Below, in pieces: positions 1 through 9,885 of a stretch of DNA of 58,241 nt (positions are counted from its first letter, which is position 1; each line of letters begins with the position of its first letter). Below the pieces are notes generated by a model. The model was not told where the DNA came from, ran no database searches, and was given only the letters and a program-made list of their open reading frames with translations. This DNA is from a bacterium (GTDB taxonomy: Bacteria; Ratteibacteria; UBA8468; B48-G9; JAFGKM01). A program made the position numbers and the translations under genes. Where the stretch lies: NCBI GenBank assembly GCA_035370465.1, contig DAOOVW010000001.1, positions 1 through 58,241 on the forward strand. Direction: 5' to 3'.

Positions 1-168
1 GGTATTGTTAATGGGAAAGACCCTTCTGCTTTTAAAACATTTATTCTTGTTGATTAAAAATTTAAAAGAGCTGTAATAATTTAGTTTTTTGACCGAAACA
101 TACAAAAGAAATGTGGTAAATTCTCAGTAAATCCCAGAGAAATTTTATTAAGAGAGGAGGTGATAGAA

Positions 169-852
169 ATGAATAGAAGAAAAGAGAGTATTTCAGTGTC
201 CGATGAGTATTGTGGCGGAGGGTTTACCCTGATAGAGTTGCTTGTGGTAATCGCGATAATAGCGATTTTAGCAGCTATGTTATTACCTGCTTTATCACAG
301 GCAAGGGAGAAAGCAAGACAGTCTGTATGTATGAATAACTTAAAACAGTTGGGATTAGCAATCCAGATGTATGTTCAAGATAATGATGGCTGGCTTCCTA
401 ATATGTATGATGGGACTTACTGGCCAACAAAACTTTCTATGTATATAGGAGGGGCAACTTTTACTTTTGTTCCTTGGAATCCAGGATGGTCAGCAGGAAC
501 ACCAAAGAGAGTAAAGGATGTATTTATTTGTCCAAGTGGAATAAAAGAATTACATTGGGGAATAAATTATGCATATAATAAAACAATAGGGGATTATACT
601 CCAAGATGGGGGTATCCTACTGTTAGTTATTGTGATCCTGAGAAACTTGATAGAATAAAGAATCCTACACGTGTATTTTTAGTAATTGATCAACGGACTA
701 AATCTTGTTCAGAAATTGGAAACGATTGGAATGCTGGGTATGTTGATTACAGGCATAATGATGGAGCAAATGTATTATGGGCAGATTCACATGTAAATTG
801 GGCTTCTCGTTCAGAAGTTGCAAGGTGGAGAGCAACAGAGTGGGTACCATAA
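169..852 (+). CDS. Prepilin-type N-terminal cleavage/methylation domain protein, DUF1559 (H-X9-DG) family
   Basis: N-terminus [26 protein letters not shown] (prepilin leader and hydrophobic helix) followed by [26 protein letters not shown], with a C-terminal [14 protein letters not shown] (H-X9-DG). AGAGGAGG RBS before the ATG at 169; the ORF track starts at a GTG at 160. Confidence 0.8.
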   Translation: MNRRKESISVSDEYCGGGFTLIELLVVIAIIAILAAMLLPALSQAREKARQSVCMNNLKQLGLAIQMYVQDNDGWLPNMYDGTYWPTKLSMYIGGATFTFVPWNPGWSAGTPKRVKDVFICPSGIKELHWGINYAYNKTIGDYTPRWGYPTVSYCDPEKLDRIKNPTRVFLVIDQRTKSCSEIGNDWNAGYVDYRHNDGANVLWADSHVNWASRSEVARWRATEWVP

Positions 853-869
853 AAAAGGAGGAAAAAAGA

Positions 870-980
870 ATGAGAAGAGTTGGAGTTTATGTATTTTTAG
901 TATGTTTTTTATTTTCATTTATAGCAAAAGCAGACAATTTATTAAAGAACCCGGCCAATATATACGAGGAAGATTATTAA
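870..980 (+). CDS. Small hypothetical signal-peptide ORF (36 aa)
   Basis: Strong RBS AAAAAGGAGG 8 nt before the ATG. MRRVGVYVFLVCFLFSFIAKA looks like a signal peptide, followed by a 15-aa tail DNLLKNPANIYEEDY. No homology recognised. Confidence 0.3.
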   Translation: MRRVGVYVFLVCFLFSFIAKADNLLKNPANIYEEDY

Positions 981-981
981 A

Positions 982-2463
982 ATGATAGAAAAAAATCTTT
1001 ATTTATCCACTGCTATTCCGATTACTGATATATCATCTCGAATGTTCTTCTTTGAAGAAAACCAGCCATCAATTTCTTTTGGAATTCATAAAGTTTATGC
1101 ACCTATTACCAAGGTACCTATTATAATGAAAGGACTAACTAAAAATACCATATCAGTTTCTTCCTTTGCCAGTACTATCATAAAACTTGGTCCATCCCAT
1201 TATCGACTCTATTCAACAAATTATCCGTTTAGTTTCAAAACAATGTATATTGCGTTATGGGAATCTGGAGATGGGATAATCTGGTATCCTCTAAAAGTTA
1301 GTAGACACGGCAAATTTTCATCTAACAGTATATGCATTAATGGAATCCCGGGGAATCAAGATATGATAGGTCAACCCCAGGTTCTTCATTTAGCTGATAA
1401 TGTGTGGTATATGTATTTCTGGAAACATAAAGAAGGACATTGTCGTTACTTAAGAGCGGAGAGTCGGGATGGATTAAACTGGGCCGTTGTGGATTTTGAT
1501 AATCCTGTGTTGTATCACCCCAACGACCAAGGATTGTATGCATGGGCAATGGGAATTTCTTTACGTAAGATTAAAAACCTACAGATAACAAGGAAAGAAG
1601 CTGAAAAACATTTGAAGTTAATTTCCAATGATGCTACTTATGTTTATTACAACGAATATCTAAAACGGTTTGAATGTTATTCTGTCTGGCTCCATCCTGA
1701 AGTTAGGGAAAGATCAAGATACAAAGGAGAAGCAGGAAAACCAAAAGGTATTATACGCTTTATTCACAAACGTGTCAGTAGCGATGGGATAAACTGGAGT
1801 TATCCTGAAGTAATTCTTTTGCCCGATTACCGGGACCCATGGGATTTACAATTTTATTATTTATCTGTACAGTGGCATGATAAGTGGTTGATTGGTAACT
1901 TAGGATATTACAGGACCGAAGAGGGGCAGGATACAACTGATATGGATTTATGTTTCTCAAAAGATGGGCAATCTTGGCATCGGCCAGTAAGAGGTGGATT
2001 TATTCCTCGTGTTGAAAATAAACCAGATGCTATGGGTATTTATGCTCCTAATACTTGGATAGACAAAGGAAACAAATGGTTGTGCCTTTATACTGGAACA
2101 CCGGACCCTCATGATGAAGATATACATCGTGCTTCAATTATGGGTGCAACATTTGATAAAAACCGCTTTGTAGGGTTGCAAGCAGGCAAAGTTACTGGCG
2201 GTTTTTTAAGTGATGTTTTTATCCTCCAGAATGCCAATATAAAAGTAGATGCTTGTATCAAAGGATGGATGCGTGCAGAGATATGTGATGCTTTTGGAAA
2301 TGCAATTAAAGATTTCCATCTTATGGATTCTTATGTTATTTCTGGTGATAAATCAGAACATATTCTACGCTGGAAGCAATCAGATACCAAGGATCTAAAA
2401 TATAGAGCGTTGAGATTGAGAATAGAATTTAGAGAAGGAGTTATTTATAGTTTTTGTTTTTAA
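982..2463 (+). CDS. BNR/Asp-box repeat beta-propeller protein, sialidase/glycoside-hydrolase-like, no signal peptide
   Basis: Repeated S-x-D-G-x-x-W motifs (SRDGLNWA, SSDGINWS, SKDGQSWH) are typical of BNR/Asp-box propellers. Long ORF with good coding periodicity. Confidence 0.55.
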   Translation: MIEKNLYLSTAIPITDISSRMFFFEENQPSISFGIHKVYAPITKVPIIMKGLTKNTISVSSFASTIIKLGPSHYRLYSTNYPFSFKTMYIALWESGDGIIWYPLKVSRHGKFSSNSICINGIPGNQDMIGQPQVLHLADNVWYMYFWKHKEGHCRYLRAESRDGLNWAVVDFDNPVLYHPNDQGLYAWAMGISLRKIKNLQITRKEAEKHLKLISNDATYVYYNEYLKRFECYSVWLHPEVRERSRYKGEAGKPKGIIRFIHKRVSSDGINWSYPEVILLPDYRDPWDLQFYYLSVQWHDKWLIGNLGYYRTEEGQDTTDMDLCFSKDGQSWHRPVRGGFIPRVENKPDAMGIYAPNTWIDKGNKWLCLYTGTPDPHDEDIHRASIMGATFDKNRFVGLQAGKVTGGFLSDVFILQNANIKVDACIKGWMRAEICDAFGNAIKDFHLMDSYVISGDKSEHILRWKQSDTKDLKYRALRLRIEFREGVIYSFCF

Positions 2464-2688
2464 TAAAAAAGGAATATTGTTGTAAACCCTGTAGAGTAAA
2501 AGAATGACATATATAGAGAGAGAGAGAGTACCTTTTATAAGTTTTAATGTACGTATCTACTAATTATGGTTCTCTTTTAAAAAAGTTGTAGTAATATTTG
2601 TCCAAAGGATTCCCATGGCGTATTTTATAATCCGTAGTCAAAAGTGAGTAGGCAACGGGCGAGGATTTGGATTAGATATAATAAGAAA

Positions 2689-3912
2689 ATGGAAATGAAA
2701 GTACATAAAAGAATTTTAATACCAATTAAAGAAGAAAAACATAAGTACAAAGAGGATACATCTTTCGGGACATCAATTATGATGGTAAATACAACATATA
2801 CAAAAAAAGATGGTTTACATTTACTTCAACTATATTCTGAAGAAGTAGCATCTGATACATCGGGTAAATGCTTCCAAAGAACAAGTAAAGACAATGGGAA
2901 AACATGGTCAAATCCCATATTAGTTTTTGAACCACAAGAAACAGAAGAAGGAGTTATAAGATGGGGAGAAAGTTGTTTATTTTTAGATGAGGGAAAAGAA
3001 TGTATTTTCCATTTTTATAATTTACATCTTTACCCTAAAAATATTTTTTCAAGAGAAGTTCAAGAATACACCAGGATATTCTATAGAATAAGTTTTGATG
3101 AAGGAAAAACATTTAGTAATGGTAAGCAAATAATTCAAAAGGGATTTAACGAAACCAATTGGGCAGAAGATGTAATATATGGTAAAAATAGCATTGCAAT
3201 ATCATTTTGTGCTCCTTTAAAACTTAACAGTGGGAAAATACTTTTGCCATGTCAAAAAGTTCCTTTAGAGCATAAAGGAGACAATCCATTTCTTATTTCA
3301 TATGTAGCAGGGTGTTTTATTGGTGAATGGAAGGGACAAGAGATAGAATGGGAATTAAGTCAAATGGTAAAAATAGACCCACAATTATCTTCAAGAGGTC
3401 TATGTGAACCAACAATCGCCCAACTTTATAATGGAGAACTCTTAATGATAATGAGAGGAAGTAATTATACAATTCCTTCTGTACCTGGATATAAATGGTT
3501 TTCAATATCAAAAGATAGTGGTTATACCTGGTCAAGTCCAACACCATTAAAATATGATACAGGAGAAAATTTCTTTTCACCTGCTACTGGTTCAAGATTA
3601 ATTCGTAGTACAAAAAATAAGAAACTATACTGGATTGGAAATATTGTAAAAGAAAATCCTGATGGTAATAGACCAAGATATCCATTACAGATAGCAGAAG
3701 TTGATGAAGAAAAGAAAGCAATAAAAAAACATACAGTAAATATAATTGAAGATAAAAGAGAAAGTGATTCACCTTTTGTTCAATTCTCAAATTTCAGAGT
3801 ATATGAAGATAGAGAAACAGGAGAGTTTGTCTTAATAATGGCAAGAATACAGGAAAGAGGAGAAAAAGACCTTAGTTCTCCTGCTTATGAATACAGAATA
3901 GAAGTTTTATAA
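2689..3912 (+). CDS. BNR repeat-containing exo-alpha-sialidase-like protein
   Basis: Asp-box motifs SKDNGKTWSNP, SFDEGKTFSNG and SKDSGYTWSSP. The ORF track starts at 2644; the internal ATG at 2689 (MEMKVHK...) is taken as the start. No signal peptide. Confidence 0.65.
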   Translation: MEMKVHKRILIPIKEEKHKYKEDTSFGTSIMMVNTTYTKKDGLHLLQLYSEEVASDTSGKCFQRTSKDNGKTWSNPILVFEPQETEEGVIRWGESCLFLDEGKECIFHFYNLHLYPKNIFSREVQEYTRIFYRISFDEGKTFSNGKQIIQKGFNETNWAEDVIYGKNSIAISFCAPLKLNSGKILLPCQKVPLEHKGDNPFLISYVAGCFIGEWKGQEIEWELSQMVKIDPQLSSRGLCEPTIAQLYNGELLMIMRGSNYTIPSVPGYKWFSISKDSGYTWSSPTPLKYDTGENFFSPATGSRLIRSTKNKKLYWIGNIVKENPDGNRPRYPLQIAEVDEEKKAIKKHTVNIIEDKRESDSPFVQFSNFRVYEDRETGEFVLIMARIQERGEKDLSSPAYEYRIEVL

Positions 3913-3919
3913 ATATAAA

Positions 3920-4945
3920 ATGGGAAAAATGAAATTTCTTGTTATTGGTTTAGGTTCAATGGGAAGGCGAAGAATAAGATGTCTTCAGTATTTAGGAGAA
4001 AAAGATATTATTGGATTTGATATCAGGAAGGATAGATATGAAGAAACAGAAAAAAAATATGGAATTAAGACATTTTCTGACTTTAATGAGGCATGTGGGC
4101 AAAATCCAAATGTATTTATAATATCTGTTCCAAGTAATTTACATCATTTTTATGCAATGGAAGCAGTGAAAAGAAATAAACACTTTTTCACTGAAAGTAA
4201 TTTCCTTCCCGAAGGAATTGATGATTTAGTAAAAGTAGAAAAAGAAGGAAAAATTATTTGTGTTCCAAGTTTTACTATGCCCCACCATCCGTCAGTTAAA
4301 ATAATGAGGTCTGGTATTGAGGAAGGTAAGATAGGGAAAGTATATTCTTTTACCTATCACCTATCTTCTTACCTGCCTGAGTGGCATCCGTGGGAGGACT
4401 ACAGGGATGTTTATTATGGGAAGAAGGAGACACCTGGCTCAAAAGAAATGGTTGCCTTTGAACTTACATGGATTGTCTGGCTACTTGGAAGAGTTCAGGA
4501 AGTATGTGCGTTTAAATCAAAAATGTCCTCTCTTGAGATTGAATTTGAGGATACATATCAAATAATATTGAAACTAAAAAATGGGGTATTGGGACACCTT
4601 CTTATAGATGTTGCATCACTGCCATCTGGAAGGAATATGAAGATTTTAGGAGAGAAAGGAACATTTTGCTGGAATTCTGAAGAAGAGATTATCAAGTGGT
4701 TTAACACTGAAAAGAGAAAATGGGAAGAGATAAAGGGAGACAAAGGTATTGAGGAGGCAGGTTATTCAGTCCATACTCATGAGGAGATGTACATAGAAGA
4801 GATGGAGAACTTTGTAAAGACGGTGAGGGGAGAAAAGAAGTATCCTTATACATTTACTCAAGAGAAACATATAATAGATATCCTTGTAGCAATAGAGCAA
4901 AGTATTTCTCAAAAAATAGTAATGGAGGTGGAAGATGAGGTGTAG
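3920..4945 (+). CDS. Gfo/Idh/MocA family NAD(P)-dependent oxidoreductase
   Basis: N-terminal Rossmann motif KFLVIGLGSMGRRRI. Length and architecture are typical of the family. Confidence 0.8.
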   Translation: MGKMKFLVIGLGSMGRRRIRCLQYLGEKDIIGFDIRKDRYEETEKKYGIKTFSDFNEACGQNPNVFIISVPSNLHHFYAMEAVKRNKHFFTESNFLPEGIDDLVKVEKEGKIICVPSFTMPHHPSVKIMRSGIEEGKIGKVYSFTYHLSSYLPEWHPWEDYRDVYYGKKETPGSKEMVAFELTWIVWLLGRVQEVCAFKSKMSSLEIEFEDTYQIILKLKNGVLGHLLIDVASLPSGRNMKILGEKGTFCWNSEEEIIKWFNTEKRKWEEIKGDKGIEEAGYSVHTHEEMYIEEMENFVKTVRGEKKYPYTFTQEKHIIDILVAIEQSISQKIVMEVEDEV

Positions 4946-6245
4946 AAAAGGACAAAAATTGTGGCAAAAAGCAAAAAAAATTATACCAGGTGGAACTCAA
5001 CTTCTTTCAAAAACATCAGAACAGTTTTTACCAGAATATTGGCCTTCATACTACAAAAAAGCAAAAGGAATAAGTGTCTGGGACCTTGATGGGAATAAAT
5101 TTCTAGATTTTTCTATAATGGGAGTGGGTAGTTGTATTCTTGGATATGCTGACCCTGATGTTAATAAAGATGTAAAAAAAGTTATAAATAATGGAAATAT
5201 GTGCACACTTAATTCACCTGAAGAAGTTGAATTAGCGGAATTGCTTTTAAAAATACATCCTTGGGCAGGAAAAGTAAGATATGCAAGAACAGGTGGAGAA
5301 GCAATGGCAATAGCAGTCAGGATAGGACGTGCTTTTTCTGGTAAAGATAAGATTGCTTTTTGTGGATATCATGGATGGCATGACTGGTACTTATCAGCAA
5401 ATCTTGCAGGAGATAAAAATCTTGATGGTCATCTTTTGCCTGGCTTAAAACCACTTGGCGTTCCTCGTGGTCTTTATGGAACTGCCTTTCCTTTTACTTA
5501 TAATCATATTGAAGAACTTGAGGTAATAATCAAAAACAACGAGATAGGTGTAATTGTAATGGAACCAATAAGAAGTTATTATCCAGAAAATGGTTTTTTA
5601 GAAAAAGTGAGAACTCTTGCTAATAAGAATAAGGCAGTCTTGATATTTGACGAGATAACCAGTGGCTTCCGTATGAAGGTAGGAGGCGCATATACACTTT
5701 TCAATTTAGAGCCAGATATTGTTGTATATGCAAAAGCAATGAGTAATGGTTATCCTATGGCTGCTGTCGTAGGAAGAGAAAACATTATGGATAAAGCAGA
5801 AGAGAGTTTTATCAGCAGTACTTATTGGACTGAAAAAATAGGACCAAATGCTGCATTGGCAACTATTAAAAAAATGAAAAGAGAAAATGTCCCTTCACAC
5901 CTGATAAAAATTGGAGAACAGATAACAAATGGGTGGAAAGAAATAGCAAATGAATGTGGACTGAAAATAAAAATATCTGGTATTCCCCCTCTTACAAAAT
6001 TTTCTTTTTGTTATGAGAATTCACAGGAATTGATAACTCTTTTTACTCAGGAAATGCTTGAAAGGGGATTTCTTGCAAAAGATAGTGTTTATGTTTCATA
6101 TAGTCATAAAGAAACAGATGTCGAAATATATATGTCAGCCGTAAAAGAAGTTTTTAAAAAAATTAAAAAAGGTATAGATACAAACAAAATTAGTAAAATG
6201 CTTAAAGGCCCAGTTGCTCATACAGGATTTAAACGACTTACTTAA
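4935..6245 (+). CDS. Class-III (HemL / glutamate-1-semialdehyde aminomutase-like) PLP-dependent aminotransferase
   Basis: IPGGTQLLSK...GISVWDLDGNKFLDFSIMGVGSCILGYADPDV...ARTGGEAMAIAVRIGRAFSGKDKIAFCGYHGWHDW matches the GSA-aminomutase family pattern. Confidence 0.8.
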   Translation: MRCRKGQKLWQKAKKIIPGGTQLLSKTSEQFLPEYWPSYYKKAKGISVWDLDGNKFLDFSIMGVGSCILGYADPDVNKDVKKVINNGNMCTLNSPEEVELAELLLKIHPWAGKVRYARTGGEAMAIAVRIGRAFSGKDKIAFCGYHGWHDWYLSANLAGDKNLDGHLLPGLKPLGVPRGLYGTAFPFTYNHIEELEVIIKNNEIGVIVMEPIRSYYPENGFLEKVRTLANKNKAVLIFDEITSGFRMKVGGAYTLFNLEPDIVVYAKAMSNGYPMAAVVGRENIMDKAEESFISSTYWTEKIGPNAALATIKKMKRENVPSHLIKIGEQITNGWKEIANECGLKIKISGIPPLTKFSFCYENSQELITLFTQEMLERGFLAKDSVYVSYSHKETDVEIYMSAVKEVFKKIKKGIDTNKISKMLKGPVAHTGFKRLT

Positions 6246-6265
6246 TTTTTAGGAAGAATTTAAAA

Positions 6266-7183
6266 ATGATAGAACTTGCGTTTTTAGGGACAAATGAGGG
6301 AAATGGGCATATATTTTCATGGAGTGCAATTATAAATGGGAAATATGATGAACAACTAATGAAAGAGTGTGGTTATCCAGTTATATATGAATATCTATCA
6401 AAAAACAAAAAAGATATTGGAATTCCGGGAGCAAAGGTAAGTTATGTTTGGACAGAAGATAAAAAATATTCTGAAAAAGTTGCAAAAACAAGTTTTATAG
6501 AAAATGTTATTGATACCCCAGAGCAGGTAATAGGGAAAGTTGATGGAGTTGTTATAACTACAGATATTGGAAGCAACCATTTAAAATTAGCAAAACCATT
6601 TATTGAAGAAAACATACCTGTTTTTATAGATAAACCATTAACAGATAATGAAAAGGACTTAAAAAAATTTATAGAATATTTTAAAGAAGGCAAACCAATT
6701 CTTTCATCATCAAGTTACAGGTATTCCAAGAATATAGATGATTTCTTAAAGGAAAATACTGATAAGATAGAATTTGTAAGGTGTATAATGAACAAGACAT
6801 GGGAGAGATATGGAGTACATGCAATGGAAGGGTTATATAAAATTATGGGTTCAGGGATTAAGAGTGTTATAAATTTAGGAGATAAAAACATAAATGTAGT
6901 TTATATAGAGTATAGTGATGAAAGAAAAGCAGTCATTGAAAATATCTATAATTCTAAAATTACTGACTATGATATTATAACACCAAAGAATACTTATACA
7001 ATTGATGATACAAACACATTTTATATGTTTAAAAAGCAAATGGAGATATTTATCAGATTTATTGATGAAAGAAAATATCCGTATCCATATGAAGAAACGA
7101 TTGAAATAACAAAGGTTATTATAGCAGGAATAATATCCCGTGAGGAGAAAAGAAAAGTTGAACTGAAAGAGATACTATATTAA
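6266..7183 (+). CDS. Divergent Gfo/Idh/MocA-like oxidoreductase (hypothetical)
   Basis: Family-like core VFIDKPL and the same overall architecture, but a degenerate N-terminal glycine motif. Assignment is tentative. Confidence 0.4.
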   Translation: MIELAFLGTNEGNGHIFSWSAIINGKYDEQLMKECGYPVIYEYLSKNKKDIGIPGAKVSYVWTEDKKYSEKVAKTSFIENVIDTPEQVIGKVDGVVITTDIGSNHLKLAKPFIEENIPVFIDKPLTDNEKDLKKFIEYFKEGKPILSSSSYRYSKNIDDFLKENTDKIEFVRCIMNKTWERYGVHAMEGLYKIMGSGIKSVINLGDKNINVVYIEYSDERKAVIENIYNSKITDYDIITPKNTYTIDDTNTFYMFKKQMEIFIRFIDERKYPYPYEETIEITKVIIAGIISREEKRKVELKEILY

Positions 7184-7201
7184 AAAGGAGAATATTAGAA
7201 A

Positions 7202-7981
7202 ATGGGAATATTAGAAAAGTTTTCATTGAAAGGTAAGGTATCCATAGTAACAGGTGGAGCAGGTCTTTATGGGAAAGGTATTGTTGAAGGACTGGCAGAA
7301 GCAGGAGGATGTGTTTATGTTGCATCAAGAAATGTTGAAAACTGCAATAAGTTAGCAGATACATTAAGAAAAAAAGGATACAGTGTTGCAGGGGCAAAAT
7401 TGGACCAGACAGATACGGAAAGTATTAAACAACTAAGAAATAGAGTTATTGATGAACAGGGTAAAATAGATATTCTAATAAATAATGCTGTTTTGAGACC
7501 TATGGAGTCACCTGATGCACCAATAGAGACCTTTGAACTTTCAATGAAGGTCAATGCCACAGGTGTTGTAAATATCACACGACATATTGCAGAGGAGATG
7601 AAAAAGCAGAGGTCAGGGGTAATAATAAATATTGCTTCTATATACGGTGTGCTTGGTATTGACCCTTATCTTTATGAAGGCACTGATATGGGATTAAGTG
7701 GACCTGACTATTTCTTTCATAGAGCAGGAATTATAAATCTTACAAGATATTATGCTTCTCTTCTTGGTCCATATAATATAAGAGTTAACTGTATCTCTCC
7801 AGGTGGGCTTTTTAATAACCAGCATCCTGTGTTTGTTGAGAGATATAACAGAAAAACATTTTTAGGAAGAATGGCAAATAGAGAAGACATAAAAGGAGTA
7901 GTGGTATTTCTTGCATCTGATGCAAGTTCCTATATTACAGGAGCAAATATTATGATGGATGGAGGGCTTTCTGCAAAATGA
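7202..7981 (+). CDS. SDR family short-chain dehydrogenase/reductase
   Basis: Cofactor-binding motif KGKVSIVTGGAGLYGKGIV and an NNAV motif. AGGAG RBS. Confidence 0.8.
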   Translation: MGILEKFSLKGKVSIVTGGAGLYGKGIVEGLAEAGGCVYVASRNVENCNKLADTLRKKGYSVAGAKLDQTDTESIKQLRNRVIDEQGKIDILINNAVLRPMESPDAPIETFELSMKVNATGVVNITRHIAEEMKKQRSGVIINIASIYGVLGIDPYLYEGTDMGLSGPDYFFHRAGIINLTRYYASLLGPYNIRVNCISPGGLFNNQHPVFVERYNRKTFLGRMANREDIKGVVVFLASDASSYITGANIMMDGGLSAK

Positions 7982-8976
7982 AGAAAAAAATACTTATAAT
8001 AGGTGCAGGGGGAATAGGGAAAAAACATATAGATGGATTTTTGAGAACTGGTAAATTTGAAATTTCTGCTTGTGATGTTGATAGTAAGAAGTTAAAAGAA
8101 GTAGAAGAAAAATTTAAAATTAAAAATTTAATTATTGATTTTAATTCAGTTAATTTAAGAAATTTTGATTGTGTTTTAATTTCAGCACCTGCAAATTTTC
8201 ATATTCCAATTGCTATTAAATGTGCAGAAAACAATATTCCATTTCTTGTTGAAAAACCAATTTCCGTTGATTTAAAAAGTATAGATAAACTTTTAAAAAT
8301 TGTTGAAAAAAATAAAGTAAAATGTGGAGTTGGTTTTACAAGAAGAAGCGTCCCATCTTTTAAAAAACTTAAAGAGATAATTGAAAATAAAAAATGTGGA
8401 GAAACAAAAATGGCTGCTTTTCATGTTGCCCAAGATTACAGAAAATATAGGCCGGACTATGCAGAAATATATTTTGCAAAAGAAAAAATGGGTGGAGGGT
8501 GTATTCTTGATGCTGTTTCTCATTCTATAGACCTTGCACAATGGTATATAGGAAAACCAGAATATGGATATGCAATTTATGATAATCTTGACTTTGGAGA
8601 AAAAATTGAAACAGAGGATAGCTCTGCAATAATAAGCAAATTTGATAATGTAATAGTTAATTTTTATTGTAATTTATTTCAAAAACCATATGAACTTTTT
8701 ATTGAATTTGCTGGAACAAAAGGAAATGTGAGATATATTTCAGAAAATAAACAAATTTCAAAGATACTTTTTTCAGATAATGATGAAGGAAGATGGGAAG
8801 AACTTTTTACATTTGAAAATGAAATAAGTGATTATTATTTTTATCAAGCAGAGAACTTTTTACAACTAATAAATGGTGAAAAAACATCATTTACAAAATT
8901 AGAAGAGGCAGTTGAAAATTTAAAATTCTGTCTTAAACTCAAAAAAGGAGGCAAAAATGAAATTAAAAGAAGTTAA
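7978..8976 (+). CDS. Gfo/Idh/MocA family oxidoreductase
   Basis: KILIIGAGGIGKKHIDGF Rossmann motif and an EKP-type motif (LVEKPIS). 4-nt overlap with the upstream gene. Confidence 0.8.
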   Translation: MKKKILIIGAGGIGKKHIDGFLRTGKFEISACDVDSKKLKEVEEKFKIKNLIIDFNSVNLRNFDCVLISAPANFHIPIAIKCAENNIPFLVEKPISVDLKSIDKLLKIVEKNKVKCGVGFTRRSVPSFKKLKEIIENKKCGETKMAAFHVAQDYRKYRPDYAEIYFAKEKMGGGCILDAVSHSIDLAQWYIGKPEYGYAIYDNLDFGEKIETEDSSAIISKFDNVIVNFYCNLFQKPYELFIEFAGTKGNVRYISENKQISKILFSDNDEGRWEELFTFENEISDYYFYQAENFLQLINGEKTSFTKLEEAVENLKFCLKLKKGGKNEIKRS

Positions 8977-9883
8977 ATGTATATGGTGGGATGGGTATCA
9001 TAATGCTTTTACAGACATTATTAAATACAAAGGGAGTTATTTTGTTTGTTTTAGACATGCAACTGAACATGGATTGAAAGGACAAGGAGAAATATATGTT
9101 TTAAAGTCAAATAACCTTGAAAATTGGGAACTTATAACAAAATTTCCGCCTTTAGAAGATAGTAGAGACCCTAAATTTTTTATTTTTGAAGAAAAAATTG
9201 GAGTTTTATTTTTTGCTTATCCTGATATAAACACAAGACAGATAAGAGATGGGTATATTTCTTATTCTGATGATGGAGAAAATTTTTCACCTGTTATAAA
9301 AATTTCAAAGGACAATTTATGTTTTTGGAGAATAAGAAATTATAAAGAAAAACTTTATGCAACTGCCTATAAAGGTGGGGAAAAAGAAGAAGATTGGGGA
9401 AGTTATTTATTTGTTTCTGACGATGGTGAAAATTTTAATAAGGTATCAACAATTTTAGAAGGCGAGTACGCAAATGAAACTGACTTATTATTTGAAGGAG
9501 ATATTTGTTATGCAATTGTCAGAAGAGAAAATTTACAAACGCCTGCTTTATGTATCTCAAAATATCCTTTTGATAAATGGGAGTCCTATAATTTAAACAA
9601 AATTATTCAGGGACCCTGTATATTTAAGTTTAAAGGGGAAATTTATATTGCTGGAAGAGTTAATACATTAACAAAAACAGGTATTTTAAAACTTGACCTT
9701 GAAAGAAAAAGAGTAAAAGATGAAATTATTCTTCCAAGCGAAGGGGATACTTCTTATTGTGGTGTGGTTGTTGAAAATAATAAATTTTATTTATCTTATT
9801 ATTCCCAACATGAAATTGAAAAAAGAGAAAGCAAAGTTGGAGAAAATGCAGCAGGTATATATATTGCTGAGATAGGAGAATAA
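8957..9883 (+). CDS. Asp-box-like beta-propeller protein, sialidase-like (hypothetical)
   Basis: Two SDDGENF motifs (S-x-D-G). GGAGG RBS before the ATG. No signal peptide. Confidence 0.45.
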   Translation: MKLKEVKCIWWDGYHNAFTDIIKYKGSYFVCFRHATEHGLKGQGEIYVLKSNNLENWELITKFPPLEDSRDPKFFIFEEKIGVLFFAYPDINTRQIRDGYISYSDDGENFSPVIKISKDNLCFWRIRNYKEKLYATAYKGGEKEEDWGSYLFVSDDGENFNKVSTILEGEYANETDLLFEGDICYAIVRRENLQTPALCISKYPFDKWESYNLNKIIQGPCIFKFKGEIYIAGRVNTLTKTGILKLDLERKRVKDEIILPSEGDTSYCGVVVENNKFYLSYYSQHEIEKRESKVGENAAGIYIAEIGE

Positions 9884-9885
9884 AA

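Noticed and set aside
50-80. Possible promoter TTGATT-17/19-(TG)TAATAAT upstream of the DUF1559 gene
   Set aside because: Spacing is ambiguous (17-19 nt) and the hexamers are weak in an AT-rich background, so it was not reported as a feature.
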